From Candidatus Latescibacterota bacterium (GTDB lineage Bacteria; Latescibacterota; 4484-107; B68-G9), in NCBI GenBank assembly GCA_012962735.1, contig DTXA01000509.1, positions 1 to 36,671 of the forward strand: 36,671 nucleotides of DNA, given 5' to 3'. The notes beneath the pieces were generated by a model. It ran no database searches and was not told where the DNA came from. It saw only the letters and a program-made list of their open reading frames with translations. A program made the translations under genes and the position numbers. Below are positions 1 to 10,898 of this stretch, one piece after another; the first letter of the stretch is position 1, and every line of letters begins with the position of its first letter.

Positions 1-236
1 AGGTTAGCCCTGGGATTGCGCCTCCCGGTGAAGTCGAAGTCCCCCCGGACCGGTTCGTGCACGCTCCAGGGGATGTAAGAGGCCACCATGGCCATCTCGG
101 CTCCCCTGAAGAGGCGTCCCAAAATGTCGTCCCACCACCGGGGGTCCACCCTCCAGTAGTGGAACTCCCCGCATATGGGAAGCACCTTACTCCCGTCTAT
201 CCGGATGCCGTCCCTGCCGATTTGTACTCTCGACAT
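1..236 (-). CDS. glycoside hydrolase family 35 (beta-galactosidase-like), N-terminal 78 codons; gene continues beyond the left edge
   Basis: Absent from the ORF track because it is open at the window edge. My translation of the minus strand from ATG 236-234 is MSRVQIGRDGIRIDGSKVLPICGEFHYWRVDPRWWDDILGRLFRGAEMAMVASYIPWSVHEPVRGDFDFTGRRNPRANL. This fits the GH35 N-terminal pattern (G-E-x-H-Y-x-R ... W ... Y-x-x-W-x-x-H-E-P-x-x-G-x-F-D-F-x-G). A GGGAGGAAG Shine-Dalgarno lies just upstream. Confidence 0.7.
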   Translation of the reverse strand, partial: MSRVQIGRDGIRIDGSKVLPICGEFHYWRVDPRWWDDILGRLFRGAEMAMVASYIPWSVHEPVRGDFDFTGRRNPRAN

Positions 237-282
237 CGCTTCCTCCCGTTCTTCAGTTCGCTCGGGCTTCCTGAGAAACGAG

Positions 283-311
283 AATATACCCTCTTTTTCA
301 TCCCCTGTCAA
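283..311 (-). promoter_or_regulatory. sigma70-type promoter of the GH35 gene (TTGACA-N17-TATATT)
   Basis: On the minus strand, -35 TTGACA is the complement of 306-311 and -10 TATATT is the complement of 283-288, with an exact 17-nt spacer. It lies about 45 nt upstream of ATG 236. Confidence 0.6.
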
Positions 312-554
312 GCTCAGTCCTCTCGGGGGAAACATCGGAAGGTTAGGGAAAATCCTCGACAGGGGAGAAGGAATATCTCTATCTTTCGGACTGGTGTTTC
401 AACTCCGACAACGACAGAGCCATATAGAGAGGGACCATGTCAACCACTTCTTAGCCTAAATATTTGATACTTTTAATAACTCATCCTCCAAAATTAATAA
501 TAACCGTAGATGCGTTCTAAAACTTCTGTCTCCACAGAATCCACGGCAGGGCAA

Positions 555-896
555 TTAGACCCAAGCACAGAGCATCGCCTCCTTCGGAAACTTACCGGCA
601 GACTCTCGTACCAACCTTCCGATAGGACTGTATATCTTTATGTGTACCTCTACCTCTTCCGAGCACTTCATTCCCACCAATACCATCCCCCCGTCCGGAA
701 GCATAGCCCCCGACTGTCCAACCTTGTAAGGAGATATCAGCTCCCATACTTTAGAATGTGGAAAGCACGGCCTTCCCGGCAAGCACGAACCCCCATCGGA
801 CAAAGAAGCCATATAGTTGGCATAGGTGATACAGAATGTCTCTTCCGACGCCTCTCCAGGAAGATCTTTCCCAAAATATATCCTCAACCCCTCCAT
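555..896 (-). CDS. hypothetical small protein (113 aa as drawn; 85 aa if it starts at ATG 812); coding status uncertain
   Basis: This is the only protein-like ORF in the 237-1085 spacer. A weak hairpin plus U-run lies about 30 nt after its stop (complement of 517-539). Its A/T-ending codon usage differs from neighbouring genes. Its first ATG sits inside a consensus promoter (875-903). I recognise no family and see no clear SD. Confidence 0.3.
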   Translation of the reverse strand: MEGLRIYFGKDLPGEASEETFCITYANYMASLSDGGSCLPGRPCFPHSKVWELISPYKVGQSGAMLPDGGMVLVGMKCSEEVEVHIKIYSPIGRLVRESAGKFPKEAMLCAWV

Positions 897-903
897 ATGT
901 CAA
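875..903 (-). promoter_or_regulatory. orphan consensus sigma70 promoter TTGACA-N17-TATATT
   Basis: On the minus strand, -35 is the complement of 898-903 and -10 is the complement of 875-880, with a 17-nt spacer. The hexamers are identical to the GH35 and outer-membrane-operon promoters. A 12/12 match is not expected by chance in 36 kb. Confidence 0.55.
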
Positions 904-1036
904 GGGCGCCTGTGTCGTAACGACGTCTCTGCCAATAAGGCATATCCCCAAGGCTACAGCATCACTCCTGCTTACCGATGGACCATCGTAAAACACAGGC
1001 CGGCCTCCTGTCCCCCAGCCCAACATGGCACGGGAC

Positions 1037-1065
1037 TTGCTTACATAAATTGTGCATACCACAAT
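1037..1065 (+). promoter_or_regulatory. possible clpB promoter (TTGCTT-N17-CACAAT)
   Basis: The spacing is correct but both hexamers are weak. It would give a very short leader ahead of the AGAGG SD at 1073-1077. I saw no CIRCE or HAIR heat-shock operator. Confidence 0.25.
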
Positions 1066-1085
1066 CCGATAAAGAGGTGATGAAT

Positions 1086-3704
<2,619 letters not shown>

Positions 3705-3720
3705 ACTTTGATGCAAAGAT

Positions 3721-3750
3721 AAGGGGCAGTGCGAGGATGCACTGCCCCTT
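3721..3750. terminator. bidirectional intrinsic-terminator-like hairpin between convergent clpB and the lipoprotein gene
   Basis: Perfect 12-bp stem AAGGGGCAGTGC (3721-3732) / GCACTGCCCCTT (3739-3750) with a 6-nt loop. It is flanked by AAAGAT on one side, which gives AUCUUU on the minus-strand transcript. Confidence 0.6.
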
Positions 3751-3763
3751 AATTACACGACCT

Positions 3764-4174
3764 TCAAGGCCCTCCGATTACTTCGTACTCTATGGCCCCT
3801 GCGCTTCCGAACCCGATCGATTTTATCCACACGGTCATATTCCCGTTCACGGTCAGTTCGACTTCCACGGATGGCTGTATCCTTCCCGTGGGGTCTCCTC
3901 CGTACCCCACGGCCTTCTGGGAGGTGAGGGTGACGGTCACCTTGGTCCCCGCCTTGAGCACCTCCTGCGACACATCTTTGACCTCGCCCGGCTCCACCAC
4001 GGATTCGACCTCCCTCAGGTCCTCGGTCACGCATCTCACGTTGAAGGCCACATCCGTGCTGTTTCGCACGTATATCCTCCCATCCTCCGCAATCCGAGGC
4101 CCGGCACCGCCCCCTCCGCAGGCGAGGAACCATAGGAACGCACACAGAAACCCGAGTGAACGCAACTTAAACAT
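3764..4174 (-). CDS. small putative lipoprotein, unknown function
   Basis: 136-aa ORF. N-terminus MFKLRSLGFLCAFLWFLAC-GGGG is a signal peptide with a lipobox-like FLAC followed by a Gly-rich linker. GGGAGGTGA SD is present. It is the last gene of the ten-gene operon. Confidence 0.6.
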   Translation of the reverse strand: MFKLRSLGFLCAFLWFLACGGGGAGPRIAEDGRIYVRNSTDVAFNVRCVTEDLREVESVVEPGEVKDVSQEVLKAGTKVTVTLTSQKAVGYGGDPTGRIQPSVEVELTVNGNMTVWIKSIGFGSAGAIEYEVIGGP

Positions 4175-4213
4175 ATTACATCACCTCCCTGTGGCTACGT
4201 CCGGGAGAACACT

Positions 4214-6127
4214 TCACTCATTGTACGTGTGCCCCAGGGCCCTCTCCTTCTCAAAGGCCCCCTGAAGCCTCCTGTAGTTCCTCCTGAGCCTCTGTAGCTC
4301 TTTGAGCTTCACATCCGGGTCCTCTAACGCCTGGTAAAGGACCCCTCCCTCCGCATCTCTGGGGACAGGGAGCTCTGCCAGGTAGCATATCGTGGGCACG
4401 ATGTCCTCCAGCCTCACCGTCCTCTCCAACACCACACCTTTCTTCACCCCCGGCCCCGCCATCACGAAGAGCCCCCTGAGGTCCCCCAACCCGAACCTGG
4501 CAGCGGGCAGGTGCGGTCCGTGCTGCCCGCCGAAATCTGAGGTTATGGCGTACACCACGTCTCCCACTCTATCCCCGTATAACCCTATGATCCTAGCATC
4601 CTCCCGCTTGAGGGCGAGAGCTATGGGCTTCTTGCCGGTCTCGGTGTCTGTGTAATCGTACAGGGCCTTTATCACCGCCTCCCGCACCTCCTCGTATTCC
4701 TCCGGCTCAACTATCCCCTGCGGGTCCCTACCCTTCAGATTCACGTAGATGTAGCAGGAGCGCTGCTGCACCGCCTTGGTGCGGGACCAGTCCACAACCC
4801 GTTCCCCGTCCTCGGCTTCCCTGTAAGCCAAAAGCCCAGCCGCCTCCAGAACATCCGCCACACGGAACGTATAGGTAGTGGCCTTGGCCCCGTGGTCAGA
4901 GACCAGGATCACCAGGACGTCCTCCCCGCCAGCCTCCAGAATCCGGCCTATCATCCGATCAAGGCTCCTGTAGAAGCCCAACTCCACCTCCTGATAGAAC
5001 CTGGCCTCCTCTTCGCTTCCAGCTGTGAGGGGGTCCATCTTGGTGGCGAAGGCGTGGTAAGCGTGGTCCGGGCAGTGGGCGTGCATGAAGAATAGGTCCC
5101 AATCCTTGTGCCCGAGGAGGTACACAGCCGCATCCGCAAGCCAGACGTGAGCGAGGTCCACGATCTCCAAAAACGTCCCAGCATCGACCCACTCCAAGTT
5201 CAGCGCCTGGAAGCCTCCGTGGGGCATGGGTAGCCCGCCCTCGGACCTTATCTCCCCGGCCACCTCCTCGGGATAGGACCAACCGTCTAAGGCGCAGAGA
5301 GGGGAGACATAGAGACGAAGCGAGGACCCGTCCGGGGATAGCTCCAGCAGCTTACACCTGAAGACCGCCTCCTTCCTCCCCTCGGACGTCTCGAAGACCT
5401 GAACGATGTTCGGTGTCCACTCCCCAGGCCCGAGCCGGGCGAACGCCTTCCCGGCGTCCCTCCCCTCGCAGAGCAAGACCCTCCCGAAACCGTCCCCCTC
5501 GTCCAGGGCGAGAAGGTGCCATGTTCGGGGCTCTACCTCGTATCTGGCCATCCGATACATCAGCGACAGCTCCGACTCCAGCGCCCTCCGACATGGGGGC
5601 ATGTTCCTCCACCCCTGAGCGGACCTGAATTCTATCGTCGTGGCTAAGGGGTACTCATCGGTCGCAAACAACTGCTCCGCGGCCAAAGTGCACCTGAAGG
5701 GAGAAGGCTCCCTGTACCTCCACTCGTTGATGCTCAGTCCCGCCCCCCCGATCTGCACCCCTTCCCTGATCGTGGGCGGCCAGGTGGAGGGGTAGTTGAG
5801 GATTATGCTTCTCCTTCCAGCACGCTCGGCCGCCTGCCAGATATACTCGGCCCTGCAATCCGTCGTATCGAACCCTTGGTGCGTCAGGTCTAAGGGGTCC
5901 CCGGGGTTGTGCACATTAAAGCAGGTGATCCCGTGGGTCCCGAGCGAGGCCCCGGTCACTATGGTGGTCCAGTTCGGGGGCGTTATGGTCGGGAACGGCA
6001 CCAGGCAGTGCTCTGCGTATACCCCGTTCTCTATCAGCCTGGCTATGGCCGGCAGATGCCCCTCCCTGGCGTATCGGTATAGCCTGGGAGCTATAGGGGC
6101 GTCCAGTCCTATCACCATCACCTTCAT
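4214..6127 (-). CDS. alkaline-phosphatase-superfamily protein (type I phosphodiesterase/nucleotide pyrophosphatase-like)
   Basis: 637-aa ORF with AGGAGG SD. Motifs: VIGLDA (metal Asp), FPTITPPNWTTIVTG (NPP-type nucleophile Thr region), LVSDHG (metal His). Confidence 0.75.
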   Translation of the reverse strand: MKVMVIGLDAPIAPRLYRYAREGHLPAIARLIENGVYAEHCLVPFPTITPPNWTTIVTGASLGTHGITCFNVHNPGDPLDLTHQGFDTTDCRAEYIWQAAERAGRRSIILNYPSTWPPTIREGVQIGGAGLSINEWRYREPSPFRCTLAAEQLFATDEYPLATTIEFRSAQGWRNMPPCRRALESELSLMYRMARYEVEPRTWHLLALDEGDGFGRVLLCEGRDAGKAFARLGPGEWTPNIVQVFETSEGRKEAVFRCKLLELSPDGSSLRLYVSPLCALDGWSYPEEVAGEIRSEGGLPMPHGGFQALNLEWVDAGTFLEIVDLAHVWLADAAVYLLGHKDWDLFFMHAHCPDHAYHAFATKMDPLTAGSEEEARFYQEVELGFYRSLDRMIGRILEAGGEDVLVILVSDHGAKATTYTFRVADVLEAAGLLAYREAEDGERVVDWSRTKAVQQRSCYIYVNLKGRDPQGIVEPEEYEEVREAVIKALYDYTDTETGKKPIALALKREDARIIGLYGDRVGDVVYAITSDFGGQHGPHLPAARFGLGDLRGLFVMAGPGVKKGVVLERTVRLEDIVPTICYLAELPVPRDAEGGVLYQALEDPDVKLKELQRLRRNYRRLQGAFEKERALGHTYNE

Positions 6128-6142
6128 CGTCCGCCTCCTGGC

Positions 6143-6961
6143 TTAGAAAAATCGTTTAAGGTAATGTAGGCTCCTTTGTGCTATCGTCTCCGGTCCCGGG
6201 GAGAAATCGAACACCTCCACAGAAACGTACCCCTCGTACCCGACCTCCCGCAGGGTATCTGCTATCGGCCCGAAGTCCACCTTCCCCATTCCAGGTCCGA
6301 GGCAGTTTGCGTCGTTTGCGTGGACGTGTCTGAGGTGGGGGGCGACACTCCGGATAACCTCTGGCACTTCCTCCTTCTCCCCGAACCAGGCGCTGCGCAC
6401 GTCCACCATGATCTGGAGGTTGGGATGGGCTATATCCTGCACCAGCCGCATCGCCTCCTCCGTATCGGTCAGGAAATTGGTCTGATGCGGGTCCAGGGCC
6501 TCCAAGCACAGCGTAACCCTCAGGGCTTCGGCCTCTGGGAGGACCGCCTGGAGCACCTCCAACGTGCGCCTGTACGTGTCCCTGTAGGTTTGTCCCTCCA
6601 AGATGTTCCTCTGCTTGGGGGAGCCCACCACCATAACCCTCCCACCTAAGTCCCCGCAGAACTCTACCAGACGCAAGAGGTAATCCTGAGTGCGCAGGCG
6701 TATCGAATCGTCCGGATGGTTTATGTAAAGCCCTTCGGGCTTCACGAACAGCCAATGCAGACCCACGACCTCCACACCTGCCTCCTCCGCCGCCCTCCTC
6801 ATCTTCCACCTCTGGCTTTGAGTTATATCCTCCACCGAACCCGCCAGGGTGAACGGAGCTATCTCCACCCCATCGTACCCGAGCTCCGCAGCGTACCGGA
6901 ACACCCGCTCTATCTCCCACCCCTGGAACATCTCGTTGCATATCCCGAGTTTGATCGCCAT
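6143..6961 (-). CDS. sugar phosphate isomerase/epimerase (xylose-isomerase-like TIM barrel)
   Basis: ORF 6143..7057 trimmed to ATG 6961 (GGGGGGAG SD). The longer version would overlap the 3' end of the upstream gene. Motifs ELGYDGVEIAPF, LCLEAL, HLRHVHANDAN and YVSVEVFD are typical of the AP-endonuclease-2/xylose-isomerase-like fold. Confidence 0.75.
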   Translation of the reverse strand: MAIKLGICNEMFQGWEIERVFRYAAELGYDGVEIAPFTLAGSVEDITQSQRWKMRRAAEEAGVEVVGLHWLFVKPEGLYINHPDDSIRLRTQDYLLRLVEFCGDLGGRVMVVGSPKQRNILEGQTYRDTYRRTLEVLQAVLPEAEALRVTLCLEALDPHQTNFLTDTEEAMRLVQDIAHPNLQIMVDVRSAWFGEKEEVPEVIRSVAPHLRHVHANDANCLGPGMGKVDFGPIADTLREVGYEGYVSVEVFDFSPGPETIAQRSLHYLKRFF

Positions 6962-6972
6962 CTCCCCCCCTT

Positions 6973-9915
6973 TCAAAGTCCACCTAAGGCATCGATTCGG
7001 CGCTGCACTGCCCGCCTCAGCGGCCCCTCCACCCTGCGGGAGGCCAGGCGGTAGCACTGAAGTGCCTGGGAGAGGTCCCCCTGCCTTTCGTGCACCAGCC
7101 CCAGATAGTACAACACCGCCGGGGACTCCGGCTTGAGTGCCCTGGCCCGCTCTAAGGTTTCACGGGCCTTCCCGTACCGCCCCTCCGTATAATATAGGCT
7201 CCCTAAGTTGAAGTAAACTTCGAACTTACCCGGGTCCACCTCCAGCGCCCTCCGATAGGCCTCCTCCGCCTCCTTCCTCTTCCCCATCCGGGCGTACACA
7301 TTCCCCAAGTTCACCCATACCCGCACGTCCTTCGGATTAACCTCCAAGGACCTACGGTACGCCCGGACCGCTTCCCTGTATCGGCCCGCCCGTTCGTATA
7401 CCAACCCCACCCTCGCATAGGTATACGGCGATGTGTACGCGCCTTCACCCAGCTCGGCCATAAAACTCCTGGAATCCTTGTCCTCCGGCCAGAGCTCTAA
7501 AGCCCTCCTGTACGCCTCCACTGCCTCCTCGGGCATCCCCCCTCTACGGAAGATATTCCCCCGTATGCGCCAGGCCAAAGCCTCCAATGCCGCTCTGAGC
7601 TTGACCTCTTCCCCCGAGGACATCCCCACCACATAGGGCAGGGGCGACCCCCTGGCCTGGGCCACCGCGAACAGATTTGGCAGGCCCGCCCCCACCCCCC
7701 GCTGTCGGGGCTCCGAGAAGCTTATGTAGGGATGGTCGTCCGAGTTGATGGGCCCCTCTCCCACGAACGCCCTCACCTCCCTCTCACCCATCACCAGAGA
7801 GCTTACCAGCGCTACCGGGTCCTCGAGGTTCACCGAACTCAAGTCCTCCCGCACCACAGGTTCCTCCATACGGGCCTTCAACCTCACGAAGTCCACCCTC
7901 AAGGGGTCTGTCGTCCCCATCATCAAGGTATACTCGTTAAAGAGCCACAGGCTCGTGTGTGGAAAGACCGAGAGGAAAGTGCGCAGGAGAATCCGGTAGT
8001 CGAACTCCGAGAGCCCGTGCAAGGGGAGCCACTGGACCATAATCCCCCCCTCCTTCAGGCGCTCCAGGCAAAGCTCGTAGAACTCCCTTGTGTAAAGCAC
8101 CCAACTGTCGCTCGAGCCCGGGTGCGTGGCGTCTCCCGTTATCACATCGTACCTCCTCCCGCTCCGCAGCAGATAGTTCCTACCGTCGTCTACGATCAGC
8201 CTCACCGGGGCCTCACCCCGAGCCATCCGACCCAGAATCCCCTGGTTATACTCCGAGAACAAGTTCGCTGCCTCCACCACTCCCGGGACGATCTCCACGC
8301 ACTCGATCAGCTCCGCCTCGTACAGGGCCGCCGATCCCAAAGCGATCCCCCCTCCGAAGGCGATCACGAGGACTTCCCTGGGGTCCGGGTGCAGCAGGAG
8401 GGGAAGGTGCCCCAGCATCTTAAAGGTCTGGAGGGAGGCCAGGTCGGTGGGCACCTCTCCACCGCCGTTCACCTTCATCAACATCCTTCCGTCCGGGAAC
8501 TTATGCACTGTCACGGTCCCGGCCGCCTCGTCCCTCCAGAAGACCAGCTCGCTCCCCGGTTCCGACCTTTCGTACAGCCTCCTGATTGCATCCTCGTATG
8601 GACCCAGGATTCCTACTGAGGCCACAGCCACGACCCCCCCCACCAGTCCCCAACGCACCGGTGCCCTTATGTGGCTCCAGGCTAAAAGGCTCGCCCCCAA
8701 ACCCAAATTCCCCAAGGCCAGGGCCCGAACTGTCCCCCCAGCCCCCAAGAGGGGCATCAGCACAAACCCGGTCCCCGCTGCCCCCAACACCGCCCCCACG
8801 GTGTTGGCCGCATACGCGGTCCCCACCCCGCGACCCACCCCTCCTAAGCGCAGGGTGCAGATCCTCGCAACAACCGGCAGAACCCCTCCCAAAAGGAACG
8901 TCGGAAACAGCATTAAAGCGAAGGTGGCTAAGAATCGCCCCCCCGAGTACTCCCACCAAGACCCCCCCCCGACGGCCTGGACCACCTCCGGGAGCACACC
9001 GAACAGGAAGACCGAGCACAGCCCGAACGCGCCCACCCCCACCTCTAAGGCCCCGAAGGCCGCTACCGGGTCCCGCCACCTGTCCGCCCACCTCCCGAAG
9101 GCGGCTCCCCCCAAGGCCAGCCCCACCAGAAAGGCCGAAAGCATCGTCCCGAAGGCATAGGCCGTGTTGCTCTTCAGGGAGATCCCCAAAAGCCTCGTCC
9201 ACACCACCTCGTAGCCTAGGGCCGCGAACCCCGAAACCCCGAAGGCCACCAATACGGGGAAGACCTGAGAGGATATACCCCGCACGGGCTCCGGCCTCCA
9301 GGCCGGCACCTCCTCCATCTCAACGCTCAAAGCGAACGCAGCTCCACCCACCAACAGATTCACCGAGGCAGCTATGTACAGGGTCTCCCATACCCCCAGG
9401 TTCCCCATCGCGAAGAAGGTCGCAGCGAAACATCCTGCCACCGCTCCGGCGGTGTTCAAAGCATAAAGCCTCCCCACCCCCCATCCCACCTCCCCCCTGC
9501 TCCGTACCAGAAACTGGCTCACCGCCGGCAGCGTCCCCCCCATCAGCACAGTGGGGAAGGCTAAAAGCCCTAAACAGAGCCCGAACCGGGTGGCCAGGCT
9601 TCCCCCCCAGGCCGAATACACCTGCTCCACCAACCCCAAAAGGACCGGGAAGGCCAAGGCGAACGCGCCCACCCCCAACTCCAAGTACGCATACAGCCGT
9701 AGAGGGTTCCGATGTCGGTCCGCGAGCCTCCCGAAGAGGTAGCTCCCCAAGGCCATCCCACCCATAAAGGCCGAGAGCACAGTGCTGGCCGCCCACACCG
9801 TGGCCCCGAAGGCCACCACCAACATCCTCGTCCACACCACCTGGTACGCCAGCCCGCACGCCCCGGAGAGGAAGAAAAGCCCCGGCACCGACCACCTTAC
9901 TGTCTGCTCCCTCAT
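6973..9915 (-). CDS. fused polytopic membrane / spermidine-synthase-like / TPR-repeat protein
   Basis: ORF 6973..10050 trimmed to ATG 9915, which forms an ATGA overlap with the DUF362 stop. The N-terminal half is a run of hydrophobic helices. The middle has a spermidine-synthase-like Rossmann region (VLVIAFGGGIALGSA, IVDDGRNYL, DVITGDATHP, LYTREFYELCLERLKEGG). The C-terminal part carries TPR units (AVEAYRRALELWPED, AVRAYRRSLEVNPKD, AEEAYRRALEVDPGK, ...). Confidence 0.75.
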   Translation of the reverse strand: MREQTVRWSVPGLFFLSGACGLAYQVVWTRMLVVAFGATVWAASTVLSAFMGGMALGSYLFGRLADRHRNPLRLYAYLELGVGAFALAFPVLLGLVEQVYSAWGGSLATRFGLCLGLLAFPTVLMGGTLPAVSQFLVRSRGEVGWGVGRLYALNTAGAVAGCFAATFFAMGNLGVWETLYIAASVNLLVGGAAFALSVEMEEVPAWRPEPVRGISSQVFPVLVAFGVSGFAALGYEVVWTRLLGISLKSNTAYAFGTMLSAFLVGLALGGAAFGRWADRWRDPVAAFGALEVGVGAFGLCSVFLFGVLPEVVQAVGGGSWWEYSGGRFLATFALMLFPTFLLGGVLPVVARICTLRLGGVGRGVGTAYAANTVGAVLGAAGTGFVLMPLLGAGGTVRALALGNLGLGASLLAWSHIRAPVRWGLVGGVVAVASVGILGPYEDAIRRLYERSEPGSELVFWRDEAAGTVTVHKFPDGRMLMKVNGGGEVPTDLASLQTFKMLGHLPLLLHPDPREVLVIAFGGGIALGSAALYEAELIECVEIVPGVVEAANLFSEYNQGILGRMARGEAPVRLIVDDGRNYLLRSGRRYDVITGDATHPGSSDSWVLYTREFYELCLERLKEGGIMVQWLPLHGLSEFDYRILLRTFLSVFPHTSLWLFNEYTLMMGTTDPLRVDFVRLKARMEEPVVREDLSSVNLEDPVALVSSLVMGEREVRAFVGEGPINSDDHPYISFSEPRQRGVGAGLPNLFAVAQARGSPLPYVVGMSSGEEVKLRAALEALAWRIRGNIFRRGGMPEEAVEAYRRALELWPEDKDSRSFMAELGEGAYTSPYTYARVGLVYERAGRYREAVRAYRRSLEVNPKDVRVWVNLGNVYARMGKRKEAEEAYRRALEVDPGKFEVYFNLGSLYYTEGRYGKARETLERARALKPESPAVLYYLGLVHERQGDLSQALQCYRLASRRVEGPLRRAVQRRIDALGGL

Positions 9916-10898
9916 ACGGGCCCCATCGTGGTTATGACCTCGAAGCGCCCCTCGAGCCTTAGCTTCCGAAGGTCCCGGCAGGGCCGCAGCTCCCCCTCCT
10001 CCAGGGAGAACACCCGCAGCCTCTCCACCCGGACCTCCCCCAGCCCCCACTCCAAGGCGGCCCTAAGGTAAACGATATCCTCCGGAGCGAAGCCCATCAG
10101 GAAGCTGGCCACAGCATCCACTGCGACGGGATTCCTCCCGGCTATTGCCAGCCCGGCCGGGATGTTCCGCCCCCTGTGGAAGCCGGTCCCGTCCCGCCCC
10201 ACCACCCCCTCCACTACGTTAAGGGAGGGACGCACGACGGAGTTCAGGTCGCAAAGCCGCTCCGCCAGTCCCCACTGCCAGGCTATATGCTCCTGGGGGG
10301 TAAGCGACTCCCTGTCCCAGGCGGTCCGTGGCCATGACTGGCCGCAGAAGTTCCTCTCATGCGGCGCTACTGTACCCATCAAGTTCTTCATCGAAAGCGT
10401 CGTGATCGCAAGGTTGTGCGTCTTCATCTTGGGCACGTTGGCCAGGAACGTCCCTGGTCCGACAACTGTGCTGGCGATACCGATCTCCCGGAAGACCCGG
10501 CCTCCGGGCACCGGGAGCGTGACCATCCGGTCGCCCCGCAAGTTCACGAGCTGCACCCCCCAACGTCCAGCCAACTCCCGGTATCCCGACTCCTCCCAGG
10601 CCTGTTCGGGGTCACCTCCAGGGCCCTCGGCGATCGTCACGTCCTCGGGGGACACACCTACTTCCGAGAGGTAAGCCAGCATCCCCTCCACGAACCGATA
10701 GTGCGTCACGATCCCGGAGTCCGGCTCCGCGGGTACGGTCACGTTGGGCTTGAACACCATCTTCCTTCCCCCCGGGTGCACCCCCATCGCCTTCAGTAGG
10801 CGGTACCCCGCCTCCCAGAAGTCCTGCTCCTTTATTCGCCCGTCCAGGCCTACCCGGTACACGCACACCACATCCTCCGCCAGATAGGGTGTCCCCAT
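9912..10898 (-). CDS. DUF362 domain-containing protein
   Basis: ORF 9912..10901 (GTG start); I prefer ATG 10898 because GGAGG lies 5 nt upstream. Its start overlaps the upstream stop by 1 nt (TGATG). Motifs match my memory of DUF362: VFKPNVTVP, VTHYRFVEG, NVPKMKTHNLAITTLSMKNLMG. Confidence 0.7.
   Translation of the reverse strand: MGTPYLAEDVVCVYRVGLDGRIKEQDFWEAGYRLLKAMGVHPGGRKMVFKPNVTVPAEPDSGIVTHYRFVEGMLAYLSEVGVSPEDVTIAEGPGGDPEQAWEESGYRELAGRWGVQLVNLRGDRMVTLPVPGGRVFREIGIASTVVGPGTFLANVPKMKTHNLAITTLSMKNLMGTVAPHERNFCGQSWPRTAWDRESLTPQEHIAWQWGLAERLCDLNSVVRPSLNVVEGVVGRDGTGFHRGRNIPAGLAIAGRNPVAVDAVASFLMGFAPEDIVYLRAALEWGLGEVRVERLRVFSLEEGELRPCRDLRKLRLEGRFEVITTMGPV

Noticed and set aside
421-443. TTGACA on the minus strand (complement of 438-443) followed by TATATG
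   Set aside because: The spacer is only 11 nt, and the hexamer at the correct 17-nt distance (GCTCTG) is not a -10 box.
57-467. Plus-strand ORFs 57..467 and 175..459 at the left edge
   Set aside because: They overlap the GH35 coding start and its promoter on the opposite strand. Their sequence is not protein-like.
676-700. GTCCGGAAGCATAGCC on the plus strand resembles the SRP RNA domain IV core (GUCCGGAAGGAAGCAGCC)
   Set aside because: The flanking bases do not form the required helix around a GGAA tetraloop, and no complementary 3' strand is present.
751-1062. 103-aa minus-strand ORF overlapping ORF 555..896 in another frame; considered as the upstream half of a frameshifted pseudogene
   Set aside because: I did not call it as a feature. 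Its GTG start sits on the putative clpB promoter, and the orphan promoter at 875-903 lies inside it. I could not assign either half to a family. It is kept only as a possibility in the spacer finding.
978-1085. N-terminal extension of the clpB ORF ([19 protein letters not shown]...)
   Set aside because: It has no SD and is not ClpB-like. The conserved ClpB N-terminus starts at [13 protein letters not shown], directly after an AGAGG SD. The extension covers the likely promoter.
8586-9767. 393-aa Pro/Arg/Ser-rich plus-strand ORF. Similar long ORFs: 8447..9160, 7732..8619, 11653..12294, 12693..13118, 2509..2940, 20310..20744, 31354..31593.
   Set aside because: These are antisense or out-of-frame shadows of clearly identifiable genes in GC-rich DNA. 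Their composition is low-complexity and they have no SD or recognisable motifs.
9916-10050. 45-codon Gly/Ala/Pro-rich extension of the spermidine-synthase-like ORF. Similar extensions exist at 6962-7057, 12200-12430 and 23228-23260.
   Set aside because: The extensions run inside the 3' end of the upstream gene in another frame, are low-complexity and lack an SD. The internal ATGs have an SD or a stop/start overlap, and they begin the recognisable domains.
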